Source: Bacteroidales bacterium (GTDB lineage Bacteria > Bacteroidota > Bacteroidia > Bacteroidales > UBA12077). Taken from it: a DNA stretch of 64,000 nucleotides. Location: assembly GCA_028282785.1 (NCBI GenBank), contig JANQHE010000024.1:73612-137611 (forward strand), written 5' to 3'. This document shows, piece after piece, positions 56,138 through 64,000 of the stretch. The position numbers and the translations under genes were made by a program. A model generated the notes under the pieces. That model worked only from the letters and a program-made list of their open reading frames with translations, did not search any database and had not been told where the DNA came from. Position 1 is the stretch's first letter, and each line of letters begins with the position of its first letter.

Positions 56138-57256
56138 ATGAAAGTAAAATCAGATAAAGAAGTACATATCAGGGAAGGAACTCCTTATCAAAACAATAAT
56201 AATAAAAAAGGAGTACTCTATACCGGCTTTGAAATTGAAGTAGTTGAACAGGTTGAAGGACAAAATATCGATGACAATAACATATGGTTTAAAGACAGAA
56301 ATGGAGACTATTATTGGAGTGGTGGGTTTGAAGGTTATTCAAAAAAAACTGATCTAATAAAAAATAAATCATTTCAAGAGTTTATTGAAGGGCGTTTTAA
56401 TCGAAGTACTAAAAAGCTTCTGGGGTCAATTAATTATAATGAGTTATTAAATATTAGTGATAGCATTAAAAAAACCAAAGGTGTAGATACGAAGGTTGCA
56501 ATTTTAGATTATCCAATAAAAAAGTGGGGTGAGATTTTTAACTCAAGAATATTTGATGATGATTTTGATATCAAAAGAATCGGTGGATCTCATGGCACTT
56601 TATTAGCAAGCATTATTGGAGCTAATCAAAGAGCTAATATTGGTATAACTGGAATAGCTCCACTTTGCAATCTTATACAACTTCCAATATTTTATAGTTA
56701 TAAAGGTAAAAACATAGATGAAGATCAAATTCTAACCTTTTTAAATAAACATTTTAAAAACGAAAAAATAATTATTAATGCAAGTTTGGCATATGTAGAA
56801 AATGAAATTACTGATAACATTATATCTTTCTACAATAACTTTGCTAAAAAACATATAATTGTTGCAAGTGCCGGAGAAAATAAGCAGTTATTAACTGCAC
56901 ATCAGTTGCAGTTTCCATCAAGATTGACAGATATAATTTCTGTTGGAGTGATCAATCAAGAATTTTTAGAAGAAAATGAAAATCCAATATTTAGTAATGA
57001 ACTTGATATAATTATTAAAGACTTTACCTACATTGGAATTACGCACAAAATGAATAATTTTTATGACGTTATTCAACGAGATAGTGCAGCAACAGCCATC
57101 GTTTCAGGTGTCATTAGTCTTTTACTTTCTTCATTAAATGAAGATACAAATTCTTTGAATAAAAAAAATATACTTAAAAAACTCCTTGAACATTGTATTT
57201 CCATAAAAGAAGCAAAAAATAACCACCAGTTAACACTAATAAATCCCAAATTATGA
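56138..57256 (+). CDS. SH3b-like domain fused to a divergent S8 (subtilisin-like) serine peptidase, no signal peptide
   Basis: N-terminal VHIREGTPY...IWFKDRNGDYYWSGGF (SH3b-like). Candidate triad D124 (VAILDYP), H152 (GGSHGTLLASIIGAN) and S316 (RDSAATAIVSGV), with subtilisin-like spacing. ASAGEN stands at the oxyanion position. Confidence 0.65.
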   Translation: MKVKSDKEVHIREGTPYQNNNNKKGVLYTGFEIEVVEQVEGQNIDDNNIWFKDRNGDYYWSGGFEGYSKKTDLIKNKSFQEFIEGRFNRSTKKLLGSINYNELLNISDSIKKTKGVDTKVAILDYPIKKWGEIFNSRIFDDDFDIKRIGGSHGTLLASIIGANQRANIGITGIAPLCNLIQLPIFYSYKGKNIDEDQILTFLNKHFKNEKIIINASLAYVENEITDNIISFYNNFAKKHIIVASAGENKQLLTAHQLQFPSRLTDIISVGVINQEFLEENENPIFSNELDIIIKDFTYIGITHKMNNFYDVIQRDSAATAIVSGVISLLLSSLNEDTNSLNKKNILKKLLEHCISIKEAKNNHQLTLINPKL

Positions 57257-59451
57257 AAAAAGTACTTTACCTTATCGCGTTTTTTTCAATTTTATCATCA
57301 AATTGTTTAGGCCAATTTGCACATAACGATGCTTTTAAAATAGTTGATGATGATTTTCATTTTTATGATAAAAATAATAACCTAAAAATAACGCCTGATG
57401 ATGATGCATTAAAAATATTAGGAAATTATGTTAATAAAAAAAATATGACCAGGGCTGATATTCAGAATGCATTCAGTAAAAATCCCTTTTTTCAAATAGA
57501 AACAATTACAAAAGATCCACAAGATAATATTAACCTTGATGAAATTGATGTAAAAAACCTTGCGGGTTTAGACGTTACCTCACTTTCACAAGGACTATCT
57601 CAATTTATGATAGAACGTGCAAAGGAAGAGTTGAATGTTGCCTTCTTCGAAAGGTTTAAAAAATTCACTGAAGAGAATGATGAAATAAAATTACTATTTC
57701 CAATAACAACCCAACGATTAAGTAATATGTTGTCATTTCATTATTCGCAAATGTTAACACAGCTGAGAGAGGCATTCTATGAAGATTTAAATAATTTACC
57801 TGATAATGTCATAAAACTTCTTGAGGAAGGTGGGAATTTTAAAGAGTTAAATAAATTACCTGAGGTAGTTATAGCCATAAATAGCATTAAACTTATTAGG
57901 CAAATAGAGTATCTTTCACCGCCAGACCTAATAAAGCAGCTACCTCAATTATATTCAAAAATCGATGCTAGCGATTTTAGCACTGCCCAAAAACAAAATC
58001 TTGAAAATTTTAAAACTTCGGTTGAACTTGCTGTAGTTTTTTCTGAATCGTTAACTCATTTATCAGATGATAGATATTGGGTATCTTCTTCTGATTTTTA
58101 TAGTAATGTGTTAAAAAATGATACTACAACATTAATATTTCTTGGATTGGTATATCAACAAATCGAAAGAGAATCCTTAAAAATAAATGATACATTAATA
58201 ACTGAACGTATAAAAAACGATAAAGATATTCAATGGTACAAAAATAGAATTAAAGAATTTATCTATTTAATCAATAAGATAGATAATACGGTATATGAAA
58301 TAAACCAGGCAAAGAAAGAAAATATAAAGGTAGATAATAATCAGGTCTATTCTTACATCAATACGTTTCTTGAAATAGCATCATTCGGGAATGAATTTAT
58401 CATGTATTATAATTCCAATAAAACAGCCTATAATGATTACCTTGAATATGCAGGATATGCTAATGAAATATATAAATATACTTATCAACAGCAATATTCT
58501 TCTGCAGTAATGTCTTCGGTTGAGTTGTTTAAAGCTATTTTACCTAACATTAAAAAAACTGCTGATATTCCTGATAATGAATTTGATATTATCAATACCG
58601 CGAAGTACGTTACCGGTTATATAAAATCAGACGAATTTAATATTTTACTGAAGAAAGAAAAAAGGCAAATATGCAGAGTAAAGCGCGATGTTAAAAGAAA
58701 GATAAGAAAAGAAAAACAGTATTATATAAAAACTGAACGGGCAAAGATTCCTCCTACTAGCTCTAGAGCTGAATTGAGAAAATCTTTTATAGAAAATTAT
58801 CCTGAAGAAGATGTGAAAAAACTTATACAAGATTACGCTGTTGTAGAGCAGAATGAGCTAAAATGGTTAGAAGATTTAGTAAAATACGGCAACTTTATGG
58901 CTGGGCTGGTTGATGCGGATACGCCGGAAGAAGCAAAAAACTTAATTCAGTCTGTTGCTTTACCCTCAGGGAGTACTACTATTAAAAAGAATTCAAACTT
59001 TAACGTAAGTATTAATGGATATCTTGGTGCTAGTTACAGGTTTGATTATGATTCAAAAGCAGAAATAGCATGGAATGCGCAATGGGCGGTTTCTGCTCCA
59101 ATTGGAATATCTTTAAGCACAGGTTTCGGAAAAGGTGGGTCCTTATCACTTACAGGCGTTTTAATTGATGTTGGAGCAATTGTAGATTACCAGTTATCCA
59201 ATGATAGTACTTATATCAATAGTAAAATAACCTTTGGCAACTTATTTTCTCCCGGTGGGTATATTGTTTACGGAATGGCATGGGATTTTCCTATATCAAT
59301 TGGAGTAGGAGCCCAATACGGGCCTGGATTAACCTCCATTGATTCTGGCAATAATACAGTTGTAAATTCTCCGAACTGGAGGTTTGGTGCATTTATTTCA
59401 GTTGATATTCCATTCTTCAATATTTACAATAAACCAAAAAGGAAATTTTGA
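57253..59451 (+). CDS. large exported protein of unknown function with beta-barrel-like C-terminus
   Basis: ATGA overlap with the peptidase gene. Signal peptide MKKVLYLIAFFSILSSNCLGQ. Helical middle with the basic patch KKEKRQICRVKRDVKRKIRKEK. The last approximately 170 aa are Gly/Ser/aromatic-rich alternating strands ending FFNIY. Confidence 0.6.
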   Translation: MKKVLYLIAFFSILSSNCLGQFAHNDAFKIVDDDFHFYDKNNNLKITPDDDALKILGNYVNKKNMTRADIQNAFSKNPFFQIETITKDPQDNINLDEIDVKNLAGLDVTSLSQGLSQFMIERAKEELNVAFFERFKKFTEENDEIKLLFPITTQRLSNMLSFHYSQMLTQLREAFYEDLNNLPDNVIKLLEEGGNFKELNKLPEVVIAINSIKLIRQIEYLSPPDLIKQLPQLYSKIDASDFSTAQKQNLENFKTSVELAVVFSESLTHLSDDRYWVSSSDFYSNVLKNDTTTLIFLGLVYQQIERESLKINDTLITERIKNDKDIQWYKNRIKEFIYLINKIDNTVYEINQAKKENIKVDNNQVYSYINTFLEIASFGNEFIMYYNSNKTAYNDYLEYAGYANEIYKYTYQQQYSSAVMSSVELFKAILPNIKKTADIPDNEFDIINTAKYVTGYIKSDEFNILLKKEKRQICRVKRDVKRKIRKEKQYYIKTERAKIPPTSSRAELRKSFIENYPEEDVKKLIQDYAVVEQNELKWLEDLVKYGNFMAGLVDADTPEEAKNLIQSVALPSGSTTIKKNSNFNVSINGYLGASYRFDYDSKAEIAWNAQWAVSAPIGISLSTGFGKGGSLSLTGVLIDVGAIVDYQLSNDSTYINSKITFGNLFSPGGYIVYGMAWDFPISIGVGAQYGPGLTSIDSGNNTVVNSPNWRFGAFISVDIPFFNIYNKPKRKF

Positions 59452-59606
59452 CCATATAAATTGACTGCTTTATACATTGCAGGCATAATGTCCGTGCTAT
59501 ATTATGTAAGCCACATTTTTAAATTCATCCCCCTAACCACTTTCTCCAAGGGGGAAAGATATTTTCCCAATACGACAGAGAATTTGTAAAAAGAGGGGTA
59601 GGCCAT

Positions 59607-59623
59607 GCAAAATTGCGGGCCAT
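59607..59623. repeat. exact 17-mer GCAAAATTGCGGGCCAT (repeat R2, copy c)
   Basis: Identical to 22790..22806. The flanks are also similar. Confidence 0.7.
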
Positions 59624-59725
59624 GCGCCTGCATGAATTGACAATTATTTGAAATAGCAATAAAGGGGTTTATCCTACTTTATTAGTTATTTCAATGATTG
59701 GCAAGAGTGGGGTGAAGCATTCTTG

Positions 59726-59740
59726 CCTGCTGCAAGCAGG
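59726..59740. repeat. CCTGCT-gca-AGCAGG hairpin repeat
   Basis: 6-bp stem. Flank GCCTGC...GCAGGATTTTGC is like the other copies. Confidence 0.5.
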
Positions 59741-60003
59741 ATTTTGCAAAAGACTTTTTTGCTACTTTTTTGGTCTCTCAAAAAAGTATGAAGAAACATG
59801 CCAACTTCCTTAACCCACCCCAAAAACCTCCATTTCTTTAAAATAGCAAAACCTTTATTTAAAACCATTATCACAATACCGGACAATAACGTCTTTTATA
59901 TTGTAAACCAAACACTTGGTAATTTAAAATATTATTTTAATTTAACAAAATTAGTCCGCTGAAGACATGGCAGAGGAGGGCACTTACCAACTGCTTCTAA
60001 TAA

Positions 60004-60038
60004 GCAGTTAAGAACGTACATTTTGAACTTCGAAATGG
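60004..60038. repeat. shared upstream element R3, copy 2
   Basis: GCAGTTAAGAACGTACATTTTGAACTTCGAAATGG. Here the embedded ATG opens only a 4-codon ORF. Confidence 0.5.
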
Positions 60039-60218
60039 AGAAATTATAGTTATTTAATATTTTATTACATAATAGAAATTAGAAAACTATGCCAAGATTG
60101 AATGGAGGTAGAATTTCATAACTATTATTATGAGAAAAATAATTATATTGATATTAATATAGTTTATATAATGCAAAAACGTAAGTTAATATTTATCACG
60201 CACTAAAAATTAATTACA

Positions 60219-60542
60219 ATGAAAACAAGAATCAAAATTATTTTAACGGCGTTTTTATTTATTTTTGTTATGACTTCATTTTTATATGCACAAAATCAAA
60301 AGGAGTCAACTAAAGAAAGATATGGACTTGAACCCGTTGAATTAATTAAAAAAATTAAGATGAAAATTCTTAAATCCGAACCTGCAACTATAGAATGCGA
60401 CCATTATTCTGTGGTCATCAAATGTCAATTTACTTGTTGCTATTGTGGAACACTATTAGAAGCAATAGGTGGTTACGGAAATGCAAGTAACCCTAAAGGA
60501 GATTGCCCTTCATGTGGTTCTGATATTTCAGGGTGCAATTGA
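60219..60542 (+). CDS. small secreted cysteine-rich protein
   Basis: 107 aa. Signal peptide (..SFLYA-QN). 8 Cys in the last 49 aa (ECDH..KCQFTCCYCG...GDCPSCGSDISGCN). Confidence 0.55.
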   Translation: MKTRIKIILTAFLFIFVMTSFLYAQNQKESTKERYGLEPVELIKKIKMKILKSEPATIECDHYSVVIKCQFTCCYCGTLLEAIGGYGNASNPKGDCPSCGSDISGCN

Positions 60543-60664
60543 TAACTTGAAACATGTTTCGATATTATTTAACTAACCGTAAAAAGATTATTCTTGAAAT
60601 ATGATAGCCAATTTACGGGTAGATTAGTATTGGATGATATATGAAATTAATAATCTGTTAGAAT

Positions 60665-62311
60665 ATGTCTAAACATTCAGAAATCAAGTTTGGAAGAATA
60701 AAGTTTTTTACAGTAAATACTATGTTAACAATGATTATTGTATTATTGTTTCTTTTTATTTGCACTAATAACATTTATACTCATCCGCACCCTGATCGGT
60801 TCAATTTAAAAAATGAACAGGATGTTATAAAAAATATGGAAGCTTCCCTTCCTGTAATATCATTGAAGGAAGGGAAGGCATTTATAAAAGGGGAAGTGTA
60901 TGGATATAATCCTGTTTCAAACAGCAGCGTTAGAATAGCATACAACAACCCAATAATGAATGAACCCGAAGCATTTGTTGTCGAGATTTCCAGAAATGGT
61001 AAGTTTTTTATGGAGGTGCCAATTCTTTCGAATGCTACATGCCTTTTTATTTCTGATTATTACAAAGAATATATTTTATTATCAACTGGCGATACTTGTT
61101 ATATATATATAGATGCTAAAAAAATTAGGGAGATAAATGAGTTTGACCCTAGAAAAAGAGGCAATATAGATAACCAATATGTCCGTTTTAGCGGAGCTTT
61201 CGCGGAAATAAATAATGAATTGAATTATTTACGTTTTTGGTCAAATAGTATTAATCTTTTTAGCTATAAAAATGAATATAAAAATGTAGCTCAATACAAA
61301 GCATATATACTATCTACATTAGAAAAATCATTAAAGGAATTCCTTCACGCAAACATATCAAAACCGACAAAAGAATTAATTACAATAAACCTCCAACAGC
61401 AAGCGATACGTTGCTTGCTAAATAATAATAATTTACTGGAAACCCATTTCGATAACGGAGATTTATCAATACCTGCTGTTGACATAGGCTATTTTTCATT
61501 TTTAGAAGAAATGAATATAAATTCCCTCTATTCTTTTTACGGACGTTTCTATTCTAATATAATTAATGAATGTCAGCAAATAGAACATTATATTATGCCT
61601 TTAAGAGAGCTAATAAAAAAAAAGGGTATGCCCAAGAAAGCATTGGTTTACGAAGATATAAAAAGACAGAAAAATTATTTAGTTCGGATTTTAAAGGAAA
61701 ATAATGGGCCTGCATTCGATTTATTGGAAGTGTTAAATTTTACGTCAAAGATAAAACAAGAAATGACTTTAGATGAATGGGAAATTGAGAATTTAATGCA
61801 GTTAAAAGAGCTGGTATATTATAATTATGTAATAAGAAAAAACGAATTGTTATCATCAAATTTAAAAGACCTTAGAAAAAATTCTACTTCGATTATTTTT
61901 GATGTTTCAGCTGAAAAAAAAGACAATTATTTTGAAGACATATTGTCTTCATATGAAGGGGATATTATCATGGTTAATTATTGGTCTATGGGATGCCAAG
62001 CTTGCCATATTGCAATAGAAAATATTGAACCATTAAAAATGAAATATAAAAATAGGAAAGTGGTTTTTATTTATTTAACGGATGATAGTTTTTTATACCC
62101 AAGTTGGGAGAATAAAGCGGTTCAGATTGAAGGGATTCACTATAGGCTAAATAAAAAGCAAATAGATTATATCCTTTCTAAGTATAAGATGATGAACTCA
62201 ACGCCAAGTTTCCTAGTCTTTGATAAAAAAGGAGAGTGCATATTTAATCAAAAAGGATATTCAGAAAATGCGGTAAAGGATATTTTTGATACTATGGATA
62301 AAGAGTTATAA
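60665..62311 (+). CDS. TlpA-like thioredoxin-fold thiol-disulfide oxidoreductase with a large N-terminal domain
   Basis: N-terminal anchor/lipoprotein-like segment (LLFLFICTNN). C-terminal thioredoxin fold IIMVNYWSMGCQACH...TPSFLVFDKKGE. Confidence 0.7.
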   Translation: MSKHSEIKFGRIKFFTVNTMLTMIIVLLFLFICTNNIYTHPHPDRFNLKNEQDVIKNMEASLPVISLKEGKAFIKGEVYGYNPVSNSSVRIAYNNPIMNEPEAFVVEISRNGKFFMEVPILSNATCLFISDYYKEYILLSTGDTCYIYIDAKKIREINEFDPRKRGNIDNQYVRFSGAFAEINNELNYLRFWSNSINLFSYKNEYKNVAQYKAYILSTLEKSLKEFLHANISKPTKELITINLQQQAIRCLLNNNNLLETHFDNGDLSIPAVDIGYFSFLEEMNINSLYSFYGRFYSNIINECQQIEHYIMPLRELIKKKGMPKKALVYEDIKRQKNYLVRILKENNGPAFDLLEVLNFTSKIKQEMTLDEWEIENLMQLKELVYYNYVIRKNELLSSNLKDLRKNSTSIIFDVSAEKKDNYFEDILSSYEGDIIMVNYWSMGCQACHIAIENIEPLKMKYKNRKVVFIYLTDDSFLYPSWENKAVQIEGIHYRLNKKQIDYILSKYKMMNSTPSFLVFDKKGECIFNQKGYSENAVKDIFDTMDKEL

Positions 62312-63217
62312 AATATAAACTGAAAATAGGTTAAATATGAGAGAGGGTATATGAGTCGTTATAATGCTATATTTTTTTATTGTTTTAGCCAACCATCATA
62401 TTTAACCAAAAAATCTGTTAAAAACAACATAATAAGAGAATAGTACGGAAAGGAAATAGTATTTCCGAAGGATATAGGCAGGTCATAGGTAAAGAGAATG
62501 CGAGTAATGACCTTCTCCTTAAAAATTATAAAATTATTATTTATAAAGATTCATCAACTTATAACAAATTCAATTTATGCCTCGCTGAATGGAAAAATTT
62601 TATTTATATACAAAAACGAGACACTTTCGTATCTTTCCGTTAGACGTAATTTGTAATTGCACTTTCTTTTTTGTCGAATTTATAATTCGGCATAATGCAA
62701 AGTATTATAAATTTGATAATTTTATTATTAGAATGAAAAATATGATTTTTTCAAAGAAATATGCGAAAATACAATTTCCGTTTACCGGTAAGTAGTGACT
62801 GACTGGGTTTACGAATTTTTCCATATTTCTAATTATTTGAAAGTAAAATAAAGGTAATAAATTGCTAGGGAAATATTCAAAAAGACTCCTAGTTTATAGC
62901 TTTAAAATTTGATTAATACTTGGTAAATTTAATACTTATGTTCAAAGCATTAGTAAATAATGAACTAAGCTACAAAGCAGCTAAAAGTAAATGTCCTCAT
63001 TGTGAATCAGATACGTTTGCTAAATGTGGTAGCGTTAAAGTAAATCGCTGGGAACATAAGAATAGTGAAGAGTGCGATTCTTGGTGTGCTTTTTAATCTT
63101 TTCTGATCAATTATTACCCGTTAGTACCATTTAATTTTTAATCAAGATATCCTTATATGAGTCTTGACATCTTGTAATAGAATAAAAAATTTACTGGTAA
63201 TGTATATGTTAAATTAT

Positions 63218-63667
63218 TTATTGTTCATTCACATACTTTTCCAGTTGAGAAAATGCTCCTTTCCAGGCATTAATAAAGTACTGCCTTGCCTGTTCCCATT
63301 CATCCGTGTCTCTCCAGCCGGTATGAATCAAGGTTACAAGTATCCGGTCGCCTTGTTCGGTAAAAATAACGGTTACATTTGTCAATGGCCGTACATCGTT
63401 CATAAAATGCTTAAATTGTTTGGGCCCTTTCCATTCGAAATTTAAAAAATTTGGACTATCAATCGCAAGAATTTTACAACCTATTGTACTGTTATTTTCA
63501 GGGTCATCAGGTTCCCAAAACAGTTCGTATTTACCTCCAATCTTTGCTTCAGCATTTGCTTTTGCAGTCAACCAGTTTTCTAAATTCTTGTTGGTTGTGA
63601 ACATTTCAAACGCCTTGTCTTTTGTTGAAAAGTTAAGCACTGCGGTTTCTATTATTATTTTGTCCAT
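63218..63667 (-). CDS. SRPBCC/AHSA1 (Aha1-like) domain protein
   Basis: From ATG 63667: ...AFEMFTTNKNLENWL...GGKYELFWEP...NFLNFEWKGP...VTLIHTGW is typical of AHSA1/SRPBCC. The ORF track start at 63802 is TTG with a non-homologous 45-aa leader. Confidence 0.7.
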   Translation of the reverse strand: MDKIIIETAVLNFSTKDKAFEMFTTNKNLENWLTAKANAEAKIGGKYELFWEPDDPENNSTIGCKILAIDSPNFLNFEWKGPKQFKHFMNDVRPLTNVTVIFTEQGDRILVTLIHTGWRDTDEWEQARQYFINAWKGAFSQLEKYVNEQ

Positions 63668-63907
63668 ATTGTTTTGTTTTTCTATTGTTTGTGTTGAAAA
63701 AAGGATTTGTTCCGTTGATATCGAATATTCTTCATCACATCTCAATAAGCTCAAATAAACTGTTTTCGCTTTTTTATCAGCGTCAATATAGCTTGAAATC
63801 AAATTTCGTAAGCTATAATTTTAATACTGTCAAGTTTAGTTTTTTATTAATAAATAAGTTCTAAATTTTCTTACTAACTATCTAAGGTTCTCAGCTGATA
63901 ATAGTCT

Positions 63908-64000
63908 TTATTTTTTGGTCATTTGATCCATCATTTTGATGGCATTCGTATTATTCGGATTTAATTCTAATGATTTTTTGTAAAACCTGATAGCATTTGA
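63908..64000 (-). CDS. 3' end of a TPR-repeat protein gene (the rest lies outside the window)
   Basis: The minus-strand frame is open from the window edge: ...SNAIRFYKKSLELNPNNTNAIKMMDQMTKK-stop. SLELNPNN is a TPR-like signature. Confidence 0.45.
   Translation of the reverse strand, partial: SNAIRFYKKSLELNPNNTNAIKMMDQMTKK

Noticed and set aside
59686-59886. 66-aa minus-strand ORF
   Set aside because: It spans the hairpin repeat and a T/A-rich repeat block downstream of the trio, so it is most likely non-coding.
62589-62795. 68-aa plus-strand ORF
   Set aside because: Phe/Ile/Lys-rich low-complexity product in an apparently decayed region. At best it is a pseudogene fragment.
1-64000. tRNA, rRNA, transposase, integrase or prophage genes
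   Set aside because: None was recognisable in any intergenic region or ORF by eye. This was not an exhaustive covariance-model search, so small ncRNAs could be missed.

Overview
AT-rich chromosomal window. Gene content (TonB-dependent receptor, DUF2490-like and PepSY-like proteins, TlpA-like lipoproteins, A-rich start contexts with few Shine-Dalgarno sites) suggests an anaerobic member of Bacteroidota. I support about 60 CDS. I saw no rRNA, tRNA, CRISPR array, integrase or transposase.

Layout:
- 1-1051: 3' part of a TonB-dependent receptor.
- 1188-14238: tightly packed 11-gene plus-strand operon. It holds a MarR-like regulator, an AhpD-like protein, a 1334-aa double-activase fusion, a small permease, two ABC exporter halves, SufC-like and SufB/D-like proteins, a SAM methyltransferase and a HydG-like radical SAM enzyme.
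- 14347-16687: TetR-controlled mini-operon.
- 16853-21510: minus-strand MarR plus heterodimeric ABC exporter, with three palindromic operator candidates.
- 21991-24197: small envelope proteins.
- 24298-37274: stress block with four tandem-USP proteins and a complete mrpABCDEFG antiporter. It also holds a PsiE-like protein and a 1068-aa EndoQ-like PHP nuclease fused to a UvrD helicase, bracketed by inverted USP-TPR paralogs.
- 37509-45314: XRE-cupin regulator with four copies of a 15-bp palindrome. It precedes class II purE, a long purC-like gene, a KamA-family aminomutase, CoA-transferase A/B, a class III aminotransferase and a thiolase.
- 45336-52950: housekeeping and transport genes (tsaC/sua5, USP, AI-2E, AbgT, CNNM).
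- 52951-60218: repeat-rich accessory region carrying a translationally coupled trio (3-TM membrane protein, signal-less SH3b-S8 peptidase, 732-aa exported protein).
- 60219-62311: Cys-rich secreted peptide plus a TlpA-like oxidoreductase.
- 62312-63217: apparently decayed region.
- 63218-64000: SRPBCC protein and a TPR gene fragment.

The most interesting candidates for undescribed biology are the HydG-like/Suf-like/exporter operon, the aminomutase/CoA-transferase/aminotransferase/thiolase operon, the EndoQ-UvrD fusion, and the repeat-bracketed membrane-protein/S8-peptidase/large-exported-protein trio. All functional calls rest on motif recognition by eye. No database search was run.
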